A DNA stretch of 64,000 nucleotides from Gemmatimonadota bacterium (GTDB lineage: Bacteria > Gemmatimonadota > Gemmatimonadetes > Gemmatimonadales > GWC2-71-9), in the NCBI GenBank assembly GCA_036679645.1, contig JAZDCY010000042.1, forward strand, positions 96,001 to 160,000. The letters run 5' to 3'. Each line of letters begins with the position of its first letter. Position 1 is the stretch's first letter. Under the pieces are notes generated by a model. That model was not told the DNA's origin. It worked only from the letters and a program-made list of their open reading frames with translations, and did not search any database. This document shows positions 48,234-57,299 of this stretch, one piece after another. Made by a program: the position numbers and the translations under genes.

Positions 48234-49232
48234 CTAGACCACGTGCGCCTTCTGCTGCTTCCTAGCGTAGTACTGATCTTTGATCCACGCATATGTCGGC
48301 ACCAGTCCCTCACGGAGCTTCGTGCTGGGCGCCCATCCCAGCAGGTCGAGGATCATCGAATTGTCGCTGTTCCGGCCGTTCACGCCCTTTGGGGCGTCGA
48401 GGTTGTAGCGACGCCCGACCTCGATGCCGGCAATGTCGGCGATTATTTTCGCGAGACCGTTGATGGTGACCAACTCATCCGACCCGAGGTTGATGGGCTC
48501 TCCGATGTCACTGTCCATGATCCTGAGGATGCCCTCGATACAGTCATCGATGTACATGAAGCTCCGGGTTTGTTCTCCGTCGCCCCAGATCTCGATGTTG
48601 CGATCTCCAGTGTCCTTCGCCTGAATGATCTTTCGGCAGAGCGCAGCAGGGGCCTTTTCTCGCCCTCCATCCCACGTTCCATGGGGCCCATAGACGTTGT
48701 GGAAACGGGCCACACGCGTGTGCATGCCAAAATCCTCGCGGAAATGCCGACACATGCGCTCTGAAAAGAGCTTCTCCCAACCATAGCCGTCCTCGGGCAT
48801 GGCGGGGTACGCGTCTGATTCCTTGAGCGGCTTGACGTTGGGATCCATCTGCTTTTCGGCGGCGTAGACACACGCCGACGAGGAATAGAAATACCGCTGT
48901 GCATCGGCGTCTCGGCTGGCCATTAGCATGTGCGTGTTGATGAGCACCGAGATCATGCAGAGGGCTTTGTTGCTCTCGATGAACCCCATGCCGCCCATGT
49001 CGCAGGCGAGGGTGTAGACGTCCGACGCCCCCTTCGTGGCTTGACGACATGCGTCGAGGTCGCGCAGATCGAGTTGGAGGTTTTCCGCATCCGGAAGCAC
49101 CTGATACCACTGCTCAAACGGCTTGATGTCGATGCTTCGCACGTTCGCTCCAGCCTTCAGGAGGGCACCCACCAGATGTCCACCGATGAACCCACCTCCT
49201 CCTCCGACAACCACCAGGTCGTTTGCTTCCAT
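48234..49232 (-). CDS. GDP-mannose 3,5-epimerase-like NAD-dependent epimerase
   Basis: GGGGFIG, LACDMGGMGFI, YSSSACVY, DAYPAMPEDGYGWEK, RFHNVYGPHGTWDGGREKAPAALCRK, GVNGRNSDN. Confidence 0.85.
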   Translation of the reverse strand: MEANDLVVVGGGGGFIGGHLVGALLKAGANVRSIDIKPFEQWYQVLPDAENLQLDLRDLDACRQATKGASDVYTLACDMGGMGFIESNKALCMISVLINTHMLMASRDADAQRYFYSSSACVYAAEKQMDPNVKPLKESDAYPAMPEDGYGWEKLFSERMCRHFREDFGMHTRVARFHNVYGPHGTWDGGREKAPAALCRKIIQAKDTGDRNIEIWGDGEQTRSFMYIDDCIEGILRIMDSDIGEPINLGSDELVTINGLAKIIADIAGIEVGRRYNLDAPKGVNGRNSDNSMILDLLGWAPSTKLREGLVPTYAWIKDQYYARKQQKAHVV

Positions 49233-49307
49233 GCGGCCTCGCCCTACCGGTTTGGGCCTGTTGAAAGACGATCTCGCGGCCCCGGGCGGGCCACGTCAAT
49301 CCGATTC

Positions 49308-49321
49308 GCAAGTCGCGTTCC
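49308..49321 (-). promoter_or_regulatory. Putative sigma54 promoter of the epimerase
   Basis: tGGAACGcgacTTGC; identical 14-mer at 54075-54088. Confidence 0.7.
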
Positions 49322-49379
49322 ACTCATCGAGCCGCCCATACGCCCGCTCGGCAGATGGACCAGGGCCGTGACCGAGTGT

Positions 49380-49393
49380 GGAACAGAACTTGC
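49380..49393 (+). promoter_or_regulatory. Putative sigma54 promoter of the GT2-GT10 gene
   Basis: tGGAACAgaacTTGCt; identical 14-mer at 54168-54181. Confidence 0.7.
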
Positions 49394-49670
49394 TTTTTCG
49401 CGCCCGGCAACTCGTTGTGGATTAGGCATTTGGGTGCGGTTCGGGTTTGTTGGGGTACTCTACCTCCAGTCGAAGCGACGCCCGCCGGTAATCATCAGCT
49501 CTCCCACGAACCTGCTCGATGCACCGCGGTCCACTCGCGGGAGCGATCAGCACAGGCGGGCGGACCACGACTAACCCGGGGGCACTTGCCGGCTCTCAAG
49601 GTCGACCCGCGGTGTTCGTGCGCGCTCGCAGCAAGACAGTCGAGAACGGAACTTGCCTCTCGAGAATACC

Positions 49671-51851
49671 GTGACGACGAGTCCGAGCAGCCTGCCCCGG
49701 CCCGCTATCGCCATAGCGGCGTTCAACGCCGAGCGCTACCTGCCGAAGGCCCTCGAGACGATGCTGAGCCAGAGCCTCGAGGCCGCCGAGATCGCGGTCT
49801 GCGATGACGCGTCAACCGACCACACGCCGGAAATCCTCGCGGACTTCGCCTCCAGCAACGCGGGTATCCGCGTGATTCGCAACGAAGAGAGCATGGGCGG
49901 CTACGGTGCGATGAACCGCGCCGTGCGTGAGACGCGCGCCGATTACGTGGCCGTCTACCACGCCGACGACGTCTACCACCCGACAATCCTGGAGCAGGAG
50001 GTCGCCTACCTCGAGGCGCATCCCGCCGCTGGCGCGGTGCTCACTCTGGATTGGTTCATCGATGCCGACGGACACGAATACGACCGCGTCCGCCTGCCGC
50101 GCAGACTCCAGGACGTGACATCGTTTGATGCGCGGACGCTGACAGAGGCCATGCTTCGAAGCAAGTGCACGTTTCTCAGAACGCCCTCGGTGATGTTCCG
50201 CCGCTCGGCGTTCGACGCGGTTGGAGGGTTTGATCAAGAACAGTTCGGTATCTCTGCCGACGTCGACCTCTGGCTGCGCCTCTCGCTGGAGTACGAGATT
50301 GGTCTCTTGCACGAGTACCTTTACGGGTACCGACATCACTCTCGACAGTGGTCCGACGCGTACAGCAAACTGCGGACGACCCCCGAACTATTCTTCGCTG
50401 TGTTGGACAAACACTTGTCTCGGCCTGGGGTACGCGCACTTGTCACGCGCGAAGCCCTTACGCTGTATCGCATCTGGCAAGTCAAGGACGAGACCGAGCG
50501 CGCCGCCAATATTCTCCTGCTGGGTGATCACACGAAGGCGGTGGCACTTGTCAACTCGTCTTTCGTGCGACCGTTGTTACGCTCGTCACGGAAGTGGACC
50601 GTGCTGCGAATTCTCGCTTTGCGCTCCCTGGTGCGGTTGGCAGCTGCGGTCGGTGGCGGGCGTACTGCCCGCGCGGCCGTGTATATGGCCCGCTTCCGGA
50701 GGTGGTTGCCACGCCGGCTCGCCGCTCAGTCGGGGACCGCGGCGCAGACCCTCGCAGCGGAACCAACGGAGGACGACGGACACAAACGGCCATCCGCTCG
50801 GCCACGGCTTACCGTCTTTCTCGATCCCTTCTCGACGCACTTCTACGGTGACGGGATCTTCGACCCGGCGGCCAAGGTCAATCGGGACAACTTCCTGAGC
50901 CCGTGGCACCACCTGCACGACCGTTTCCGCGAACGGGGTGTTGAGATTCACACCGCTGACTACTTGGTGGACCGTACTCGACGGGCGGAGGTGAACGTCT
51001 ACTCGTCCTTCGGCGTCTTGGATCACTATCGCGATCTGGCGAAGCGACCGGATGTACTGCTCAATGCATTCTATCTGTTTGAGGTCATGGTGTTGGCCCC
51101 GGAGATGTACCGAGCGATCCCCGACCTCACACAGTACTTTCGATCGCTGTACTCCTGGACCGACGCCGATCACCTCGCGCCGTTTGTCTCTGGCCCCGTA
51201 ACGGTCAAGCCGTTCTTCATGCCGATGCCTCGCGACACCGTCATTGAACCGTACTGGTCGCGGACGGACCGCAACGGCATCGTACTCATCGCGGCGAACA
51301 AACGCGCGGTGGTCCCGCAGGGCGAGCTCTTCACCGAGCGCCTTCGGGCCATAAGACACTTCGCTAACCATGGCGGGATTCACATCTGGGGGCGCTGGTG
51401 GAACGAGCGGATCATGGACCTGGATGAAGAGTTTCGCGACCCGGTCCGGCGATCCTACCAAGGTGCCGCTGCCGAGAAGTACGATGTCTTGAGCCGGTAT
51501 CGCTTCGCCGTCTGCTACGAAAACATGGCACTCCGCGGCTGGATCACCGAGAAGATCTTCGACTGCTTCTACGCCGGGACCGTCCCCGTTTACCTCGGAG
51601 CGCCCGACATCACGGACCACGTCTCGAAAGATTGCTTCATCGACTTTGAGCAATTCGGAACATACGACGAGCTGAGTCGATTCATCGACCAGCTCGGCCC
51701 CCGCGAGCTCGAAGCGTACCGCGAAGCGGGACGCGACTGCCTCGCGAGCGAGGCCTTCGATCCGTTCAAACCGAAGAGCTTCGCCGATCGCTTCATCGCC
51801 GACATCGAAGCACAGCTGCGGGAGCACGCCTTAGAGCACGTCTGGCCATGA
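49671..51851 (+). CDS. Fusion: GT2 + GT10 (alpha-1,3/4-fucosyltransferase-like)
   Basis: N-terminal CDDASTD, YHADD, GGFD, DVDLWLRL; C-terminal KYDVLSRYRFAVCYEN...GWITEKIFDCFYAGTVPVYLGAP (GT10 motif). ORF is open from 49653. Confidence 0.85.
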   Translation: MTTSPSSLPRPAIAIAAFNAERYLPKALETMLSQSLEAAEIAVCDDASTDHTPEILADFASSNAGIRVIRNEESMGGYGAMNRAVRETRADYVAVYHADDVYHPTILEQEVAYLEAHPAAGAVLTLDWFIDADGHEYDRVRLPRRLQDVTSFDARTLTEAMLRSKCTFLRTPSVMFRRSAFDAVGGFDQEQFGISADVDLWLRLSLEYEIGLLHEYLYGYRHHSRQWSDAYSKLRTTPELFFAVLDKHLSRPGVRALVTREALTLYRIWQVKDETERAANILLLGDHTKAVALVNSSFVRPLLRSSRKWTVLRILALRSLVRLAAAVGGGRTARAAVYMARFRRWLPRRLAAQSGTAAQTLAAEPTEDDGHKRPSARPRLTVFLDPFSTHFYGDGIFDPAAKVNRDNFLSPWHHLHDRFRERGVEIHTADYLVDRTRRAEVNVYSSFGVLDHYRDLAKRPDVLLNAFYLFEVMVLAPEMYRAIPDLTQYFRSLYSWTDADHLAPFVSGPVTVKPFFMPMPRDTVIEPYWSRTDRNGIVLIAANKRAVVPQGELFTERLRAIRHFANHGGIHIWGRWWNERIMDLDEEFRDPVRRSYQGAAAEKYDVLSRYRFAVCYENMALRGWITEKIFDCFYAGTVPVYLGAPDITDHVSKDCFIDFEQFGTYDELSRFIDQLGPRELEAYREAGRDCLASEAFDPFKPKSFADRFIADIEAQLREHALEHVWP

Positions 51852-51885
51852 CACGTCGGCACCCCACGCTCCCGGAGATAGCTGA

Positions 51886-53082
51886 ATGACGCGTACGCGT
51901 GTCCTCGTCCTCGCCCGGAACTATCCCAATCCCGTATTGCCAACACTCGGGATCTGGACGGATCGCCTGACCCAAGCCGCGCAACACGTCGCCGATACGA
52001 CAGTGATCGCACCGATTCCGTGGTCTCCCCCGGGACTACCTGTCGAGTACTTCAGTCGCTTCCGCAAGGTCCCGAGGCGACGCGACGAAAGCGGTGTGCC
52101 GGTCCACCATCCGAGGGTCCTCACCGGACCCGGGTATTCCCTGCACCAGTTCGAGGCTGACCTCTGGTACCGACCCATCCGGCAGCTTGCCGCGCGGCTG
52201 CACGCGGCTCGGGCATTCGACATCATTCATGCGCACTTCATCTATCCGGAAGGCGTCATTGCGGCGAGGCTCTCCGAACACCTCGGCCTTCCCGTCGTAA
52301 CCACCGAGCAGGCGCCGTGGGACCCGTGGCTCAAGAGGTATCCTCGCGTCGGGAAACAAGTCCGCGCTGCCCTGCCCGCGATTCAGCGCGTGATGGCGGT
52401 AAGTGAGTTCTTGCGCAGGAACATCCACAGCGCGATCCCCAACATGCAGGTTCCGGTCGACGTGGTCCACAATGTCGTCGACGACAGCGTCTTCGACATC
52501 CGCAACGGCGAAGATGCATGGGATCCGGACCGGCTACTCTTTGTAGGGGTTGTCCGTCGCGTGAAGGGCCTCGATGTCCTCGTCCGCGCATTGCACCGCC
52601 TCGTAGAACACCGCCCCACGCTTCGTCTCGTAGTAGTAGGTGCCGCGTATTACCGTGGCTACGCACGAGATGAAGCCGAAGTGCGCGGACTGGTAGATCA
52701 ACTTGGGCTCATGAACCACGTCACGTGGGTCGGCCAGGCTCAGCCATCCGAGGTCGCGACGCACATGCGACGGAGCGCGGTAGTCGTGGTACCCAGCCGA
52801 AGCGAGACGTTCTCGGCAGTCACCGCAGAGGCCCTGGCAAGTGGGACACCGGTGGTCGCCACCCGCTGCGGAGGGCCCGAGGAGATCGTGACCCCTGAGA
52901 CCGGGTGCCTCGTGCCCAAGGAGGATCCGGCCGCCCTCGCTGACGCGATCGACGAGATGCTGCGGCGACGTCCCTCCATTGCCGGAGCGAGCCTACGACA
53001 ATACGCCGTCGCCCAGTTTGGGCGCGCCACCGCAACTCGCCGGCTGGGAACTCTGTACGATCGCGTGTTGGGAATCATCTGA
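51886..53082 (+). CDS. GT4 glycosyltransferase (TuaC-like)
   Basis: FDIIHAHF.YP.G, FVG....KG, PSRSETF...AEALASGTPVVAT. Confidence 0.9.
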   Translation: MTRTRVLVLARNYPNPVLPTLGIWTDRLTQAAQHVADTTVIAPIPWSPPGLPVEYFSRFRKVPRRRDESGVPVHHPRVLTGPGYSLHQFEADLWYRPIRQLAARLHAARAFDIIHAHFIYPEGVIAARLSEHLGLPVVTTEQAPWDPWLKRYPRVGKQVRAALPAIQRVMAVSEFLRRNIHSAIPNMQVPVDVVHNVVDDSVFDIRNGEDAWDPDRLLFVGVVRRVKGLDVLVRALHRLVEHRPTLRLVVVGAAYYRGYARDEAEVRGLVDQLGLMNHVTWVGQAQPSEVATHMRRSAVVVVPSRSETFSAVTAEALASGTPVVATRCGGPEEIVTPETGCLVPKEDPAALADAIDEMLRRRPSIAGASLRQYAVAQFGRATATRRLGTLYDRVLGII

Positions 53083-53191
53083 CTATCGCGATGGGCAGTC
53101 GCGAACGCTAGGGCGACAACTCGTCGCAGCTCGGCATGAGGCTAGCACGTCCCGCTCAGAGAACGTTGCAAGTCCGAATGGGCGCAGCCAT

Positions 53192-53213
53192 ACAACAGGT
53201 GTTACCCTGTTGT
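53192..53213. terminator. Hairpin between convergent genes; possible bidirectional terminator
   Basis: ACAACAGG-tgttac-CCTGTTGT, 8-bp perfect stem, no clear U-tract. Confidence 0.35.
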
Positions 53214-53230
53214 GCCACCGAACTGGAAAT

Positions 53231-54064
53231 TCATCGGGTGGGGGGTGCCCGCTCGGCGACACAGCACCACCGATGGGTATAAAAGTCGATACTCGGGTCA
53301 CTCCAAGCATGGAAGCGCGAGAGGAATGGCCGAGCAATCCGGTCCGCCAAGCGGCCCACTACCGCGAGGAGCCCCGTCCAGATTACCGGGAGGTGGGAGT
53401 AGCGGCGCCATATGGCCGGTATCCGGCCAATCTCCTGTGCGAGGAAGTCAAAGAATCCGTCGTCTCCAGCAGGCTCCAACGTGATCACCGCAAACCCGAG
53501 CCGAGGCAGCCAGTGCTCGTACCAATACCGAGCGAAGCCAGTGTGGAAGTGGTACGGCGAGAAGTGGGTGAACGAAACGAAGGGGGCTGTCAGGATCAGT
53601 CGGCCACCGGGCCGCAGCAACCTCGCCATTTCGCGGACCGCGCCGATTGGATCCGGGACGTGCTCCAGAACTTCCGTACAGAGAATGGCGTCGAAGGACC
53701 CGTCGGGTTCAGGAACGTCCATCACGTCGCACACCAGGTCGATACCGGACTGATCGAACGTGCCGGTCTGCAGGCCTGCTCCGTCTCCTCGCCCGTCATA
53801 GCGACCGAAATCCTGCGAAACGTAATGGAGGTGGGCGCAGGCGGGACGGAATCGAAGCTCACCTGCCCCCACGTCGAGCAGGCGCCATCCAGCAGGCAGG
53901 GCCTCCAACTGTGCCGAAACCCACGCCGCTCGGTCGGCGTCGTTTCGACGCCCAATCGAACGGGTCGCCATTACGATCCTTTGATTTGCAACGTCCGGCC
54001 ACCTCACCCCAAGCGGTTTCCATGCGTCGCGGAAGAAGCCAATCACTTTGACGCGTTTCGCCAC
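53231..54064 (-). CDS. Class I SAM methyltransferase
   Basis: LLDVGAGE, SFDAILCTEVLEHVPDP, LLRPGG, TAPF; start may be a downstream ATG (MATRS). Confidence 0.88.
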   Translation of the reverse strand: MAKRVKVIGFFRDAWKPLGVRWPDVANQRIVMATRSIGRRNDADRAAWVSAQLEALPAGWRLLDVGAGELRFRPACAHLHYVSQDFGRYDGRGDGAGLQTGTFDQSGIDLVCDVMDVPEPDGSFDAILCTEVLEHVPDPIGAVREMARLLRPGGRLILTAPFVSFTHFSPYHFHTGFARYWYEHWLPRLGFAVITLEPAGDDGFFDFLAQEIGRIPAIWRRYSHLPVIWTGLLAVVGRLADRIARPFLSRFHAWSDPSIDFYTHRWCCVAERAPPTR

Positions 54065-54074
54065 ATAGGCGGTC

Positions 54075-54088
54075 GCAAGTCGCGTTCC
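54075..54088 (-). promoter_or_regulatory. Putative sigma54 promoter of the methyltransferase
   Basis: GGAACGcgacTTGC. Confidence 0.7.
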
Positions 54089-54167
54089 TACACGCGACTC
54101 GCGGTTGGTTCCCAGTGCCCCTATCGTCTCGCGCCCTGCACGTGCCCGGAATCATAACGCGTTCTTG

Positions 54168-54181
54168 GGAACAGAACTTGC
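54168..54181 (+). promoter_or_regulatory. Putative sigma54 promoter of the flippase
   Basis: GGAACAgaacTTGC. Confidence 0.7.
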
Positions 54182-54349
54182 CCCTTCCGGGCGCGCGTCC
54201 ACCCAGCCTATTCCTACGTGCATGAGGCACAAGGAGCAGATTGCCCATCGGCCGTGATGCTTGCGCACGTGCTGCTTCAGGGAGCGGCTAACGATGAACA
54301 AGGCAGCCGCTGATCGCTTTGTTCGCGACGTCGATACCCATCTCCACGA

Positions 54350-55882
54350 GTGCGGGCTGAACCGGCCGTGGAACTGAACAGCCCGAGGACGGCAGCCAAG
54401 GGGGGCGCGGCCCCGCAGGCGTTCCAGCCGCTCCAGGCCATCATCGGGCTGGGCGCCATCCAAGCCGGTACGATGCTAGCCGGCCTTCTGCGTACCAAGG
54501 TGCTCGCGTTGCTGCTCGGCCCTGATGGGCTGGGGATCGTTGGCGTAATCGATCAGACCGTGGCCTTCTTCACGCACCTGGGCACCCTCAGCCTACCGCT
54601 TGCGGCGTTGAAGTTCCTGTCCAAGCGGAAGAGCGCAGGGATGGAAGCGTTCGCGCGGCTGTACCGAGCATTCCTCATGTCGCTCCTCGTCGCGAGCGTC
54701 CTCTCGACTGCGCTTGGCGTGGCACTCGCCTTCGCGCGGACCGGGGTCCTGTCGGACGAGCTCTCCCCTCATCGTACCGCGCTGATACTCGGGCTGCTGA
54801 CTGCCGCGCCGCTTGCCGTGGTGGCGCTGTTGCGCAATGTCCTCGCTACGCTCGAACGCTACCGGGCCGCCGCCCTGGTGGCACTCTTCGGCGCCGTGCT
54901 CCTCGTCGGCAGCTCGTACGCCGGTGTTCGGCTCGTTGGACTGCCAGGTCTCTACGTGGGAAACCTCGTGGTGCATACTATGTTGGCGGTACTTCTGATG
55001 GGGCTCATCCGGCGGGTCCCTGGTATGGGGACGCCCTCTCCCGGACCGGGCACGGTGGGCATCCTCCGGAGCGAGCGGGGATTGATCAGCTTTTGCACGA
55101 GCATCCACTTCCTCTCCTTGGCGTCGCCACTTGCGTACCTGGTCGCGCGCGTCACCATCCTATCGCATCACGGGGCGGAGGCGGCCGGCTTGTTCTACGC
55201 GGCATACGGCCTCGCCGTGGCAATTCGTGTAGTCCTAAACCAGGCCAACGGTCTCTACCTCAGCCCTATCGTGAACGAGAGCACCCCCAAGAACGTCCGG
55301 GCAGCCAAGGCCGGCGAGTATATGAGGGTTTTGATGGTGATCTTGGTGCTGGGCGCGGCTGCGGTCGCGCTCTTCCCGCAGCTGTTTCTCATAGCGCTCT
55401 ACTCGAAGCGTTTCCTGCCAGCCGGCGCATTCCTAGGCGCGTTCCTCGTTTCCGAAGCGATCCTGCTCGTCGCAGGCGTGTACCAGGCACTTCTCATAGG
55501 ATTCGACGACATTCGCTCACACGTCGCCATCTCGCTTGCTGGCAACGCTATCATTGCGGGCGTATCGCTGGCGCTGGTTCCGTCACAGGGACCGCTGGGC
55601 GCTGCGCTGGCGTTCATAGCGGGCCACACATTGATACTGCTGCTGACTGCCGGACGCCTTCAACACGCGCACGGCGCGCGCGGCGCCATGAAACCGTTCT
55701 CGCTCCTCCTGCTCGGCTTGCTCGTCCTTGCCCTCGGAGCGCTCTGGACGACGCGCGTCGATCCCCCGTTCGTGTGGAGAGCGTTGGCATACGTCGGCGT
55801 CGCAGTGGGTGCGCTGAGCCTGCTCAACGCTCACGAACGACGCTGGATACTCGCGCCCTGGCGCTCAACCCGGAACCAGTGA
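54350..55882 (+). CDS. Wzx-type oligosaccharide flippase (MOP superfamily)
   Basis: RTKVLALLLGPDGLG, G...AGLF.AA, LYS..F, G..GAALA; about 12-14 TM helices. Confidence 0.82.
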   Translation: MRAEPAVELNSPRTAAKGGAAPQAFQPLQAIIGLGAIQAGTMLAGLLRTKVLALLLGPDGLGIVGVIDQTVAFFTHLGTLSLPLAALKFLSKRKSAGMEAFARLYRAFLMSLLVASVLSTALGVALAFARTGVLSDELSPHRTALILGLLTAAPLAVVALLRNVLATLERYRAAALVALFGAVLLVGSSYAGVRLVGLPGLYVGNLVVHTMLAVLLMGLIRRVPGMGTPSPGPGTVGILRSERGLISFCTSIHFLSLASPLAYLVARVTILSHHGAEAAGLFYAAYGLAVAIRVVLNQANGLYLSPIVNESTPKNVRAAKAGEYMRVLMVILVLGAAAVALFPQLFLIALYSKRFLPAGAFLGAFLVSEAILLVAGVYQALLIGFDDIRSHVAISLAGNAIIAGVSLALVPSQGPLGAALAFIAGHTLILLLTAGRLQHAHGARGAMKPFSLLLLGLLVLALGALWTTRVDPPFVWRALAYVGVAVGALSLLNAHERRWILAPWRSTRNQ

Positions 55883-56040
55883 TACTGAGAAGATCCTAGT
55901 TGCCGGTCTAGGTGGACATTGTGGGGCAGGAAAGCCAGCGTGCGCGTACGGCTCGGAAACGCCTGCGGGTGCTGCGCGGGGGGGGAACACTCGTGGACGA
56001 GTGGTCGAAGAGCGAATGCATCTAGACCAGGTACCTCACG

Positions 56041-57159
56041 CTAGAGCGTGCGTCGTTGCGCCACTTCCCACAATGCATCCATCGTCTCTTCGGCGGTCCG
56101 CCGCCATGTGAACCGCGCTGCGCACTCCCTACCTGCCCGGCTGAGCTGCTCTCGGAGATCCGGTTCCGTCACAACCTGGGTAATCGCGTCCCGCAGAAGC
56201 TCGTGCGTGGGCTGTTCCAGCACCAGGGCGTGCTCACGGAATCCCTCACGCAAGGGCGCGTGGTCGACGGTCACGACCGGGGTACCGCAGGCCATCGCCT
56301 CCAAAATGGTTGCCGAGAGCCCTTCGTGTGTCGTCGGAAGGAAGAACGCGGTCGCTCCGGAGTACGCGGAGGCTAGATCGTCCTGTTCGAGGTGCGGGAT
56401 ATGGGTGACGCGGTCGCCGGTTTTCGTTTCCGCGACGTGCCGGTCGAAGTCGAGATTCACGTGGTTCGGCCCGACAAAGACGAACCGCGTCTCATCCGGC
56501 AACCTCCGAGCATCGCTGAACGCCCGTAGCAGCCCCGGAACATTTCGCCGATGCGACATCTTGCCGACGAACAACAGGTACGGACCGTCGTGTCCCACGA
56601 CCGCGGCTGCTCGACGGGCAACGATCTCGCGATCGTCCTGCCACCCGAACGGCGGCCCGACGCCTTGGTAGACGATGCGGATCTTGTCGGGGTCAGTGCC
56701 GTAGTACTCGACGAGGTCGTTCTTGGTCGAGATGGAATTGGCGAGCACCAGATCCGCGCGCCGCGCACTAGCCTTGTACATCGCCGAGTACCGATAGCGA
56801 TACCACCACGGGACGCGCTCGGCGTTGGGGCCTTCGTAGATTCCCTGGATACTCACAACCGAGCGCCCCCTGAAACCCAGTGGAATCGTATACGACGCCC
56901 CAAAGAGGATGTCGTCCGACCAGAGTGCCCGCCGCAACGTGACGTTCTCCCAGTAGAAGACCGGCAAGCGGGTCGGAAGCACCACGTGCTGCAGCGTTGG
57001 AGGGTTTGTCCACCGGTGCGCCGTTGAGGCAGGCGTGTAGCACCGCACCTCCTCGAACGGGACCGGTGCCGCCGCCCACTGGTGGAGCATGTGCTCGAGC
57101 CACCGGGCCGGGCCGGTTCGGGCCTGGACGAGCCGCTTTCCGTCTATTCCTAGACGCAT
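56041..57159 (-). CDS. GT4 glycosyltransferase
   Basis: MRLGIDG, TG..R, LFVG....RN, PTTHEGL...LEAMACGTPV, FTW. Confidence 0.9.
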   Translation of the reverse strand: MRLGIDGKRLVQARTGPARWLEHMLHQWAAAPVPFEEVRCYTPASTAHRWTNPPTLQHVVLPTRLPVFYWENVTLRRALWSDDILFGASYTIPLGFRGRSVVSIQGIYEGPNAERVPWWYRYRYSAMYKASARRADLVLANSISTKNDLVEYYGTDPDKIRIVYQGVGPPFGWQDDREIVARRAAAVVGHDGPYLLFVGKMSHRRNVPGLLRAFSDARRLPDETRFVFVGPNHVNLDFDRHVAETKTGDRVTHIPHLEQDDLASAYSGATAFFLPTTHEGLSATILEAMACGTPVVTVDHAPLREGFREHALVLEQPTHELLRDAITQVVTEPDLREQLSRAGRECAARFTWRRTAEETMDALWEVAQRRTL

Positions 57160-57172
57160 ATTGGGGTGACTG

Positions 57173-57186
57173 GCAAAACTCGTTCC
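57173..57186 (-). promoter_or_regulatory. Putative sigma54 promoter of the GT4 gene
   Basis: GGAACGagttTTGC, GG-N10-GC. Confidence 0.6.
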
Positions 57187-57299
57187 CAGGCAACAAGATA
57201 GGAACTGACTGGCGCCGGGCCGCGCGAGTGGCCGGGAGCATGCCTCTTGCACCGCCACGGGGCAGGGTCATGGTCGTCACCCAATCACCCACGTGGAAC

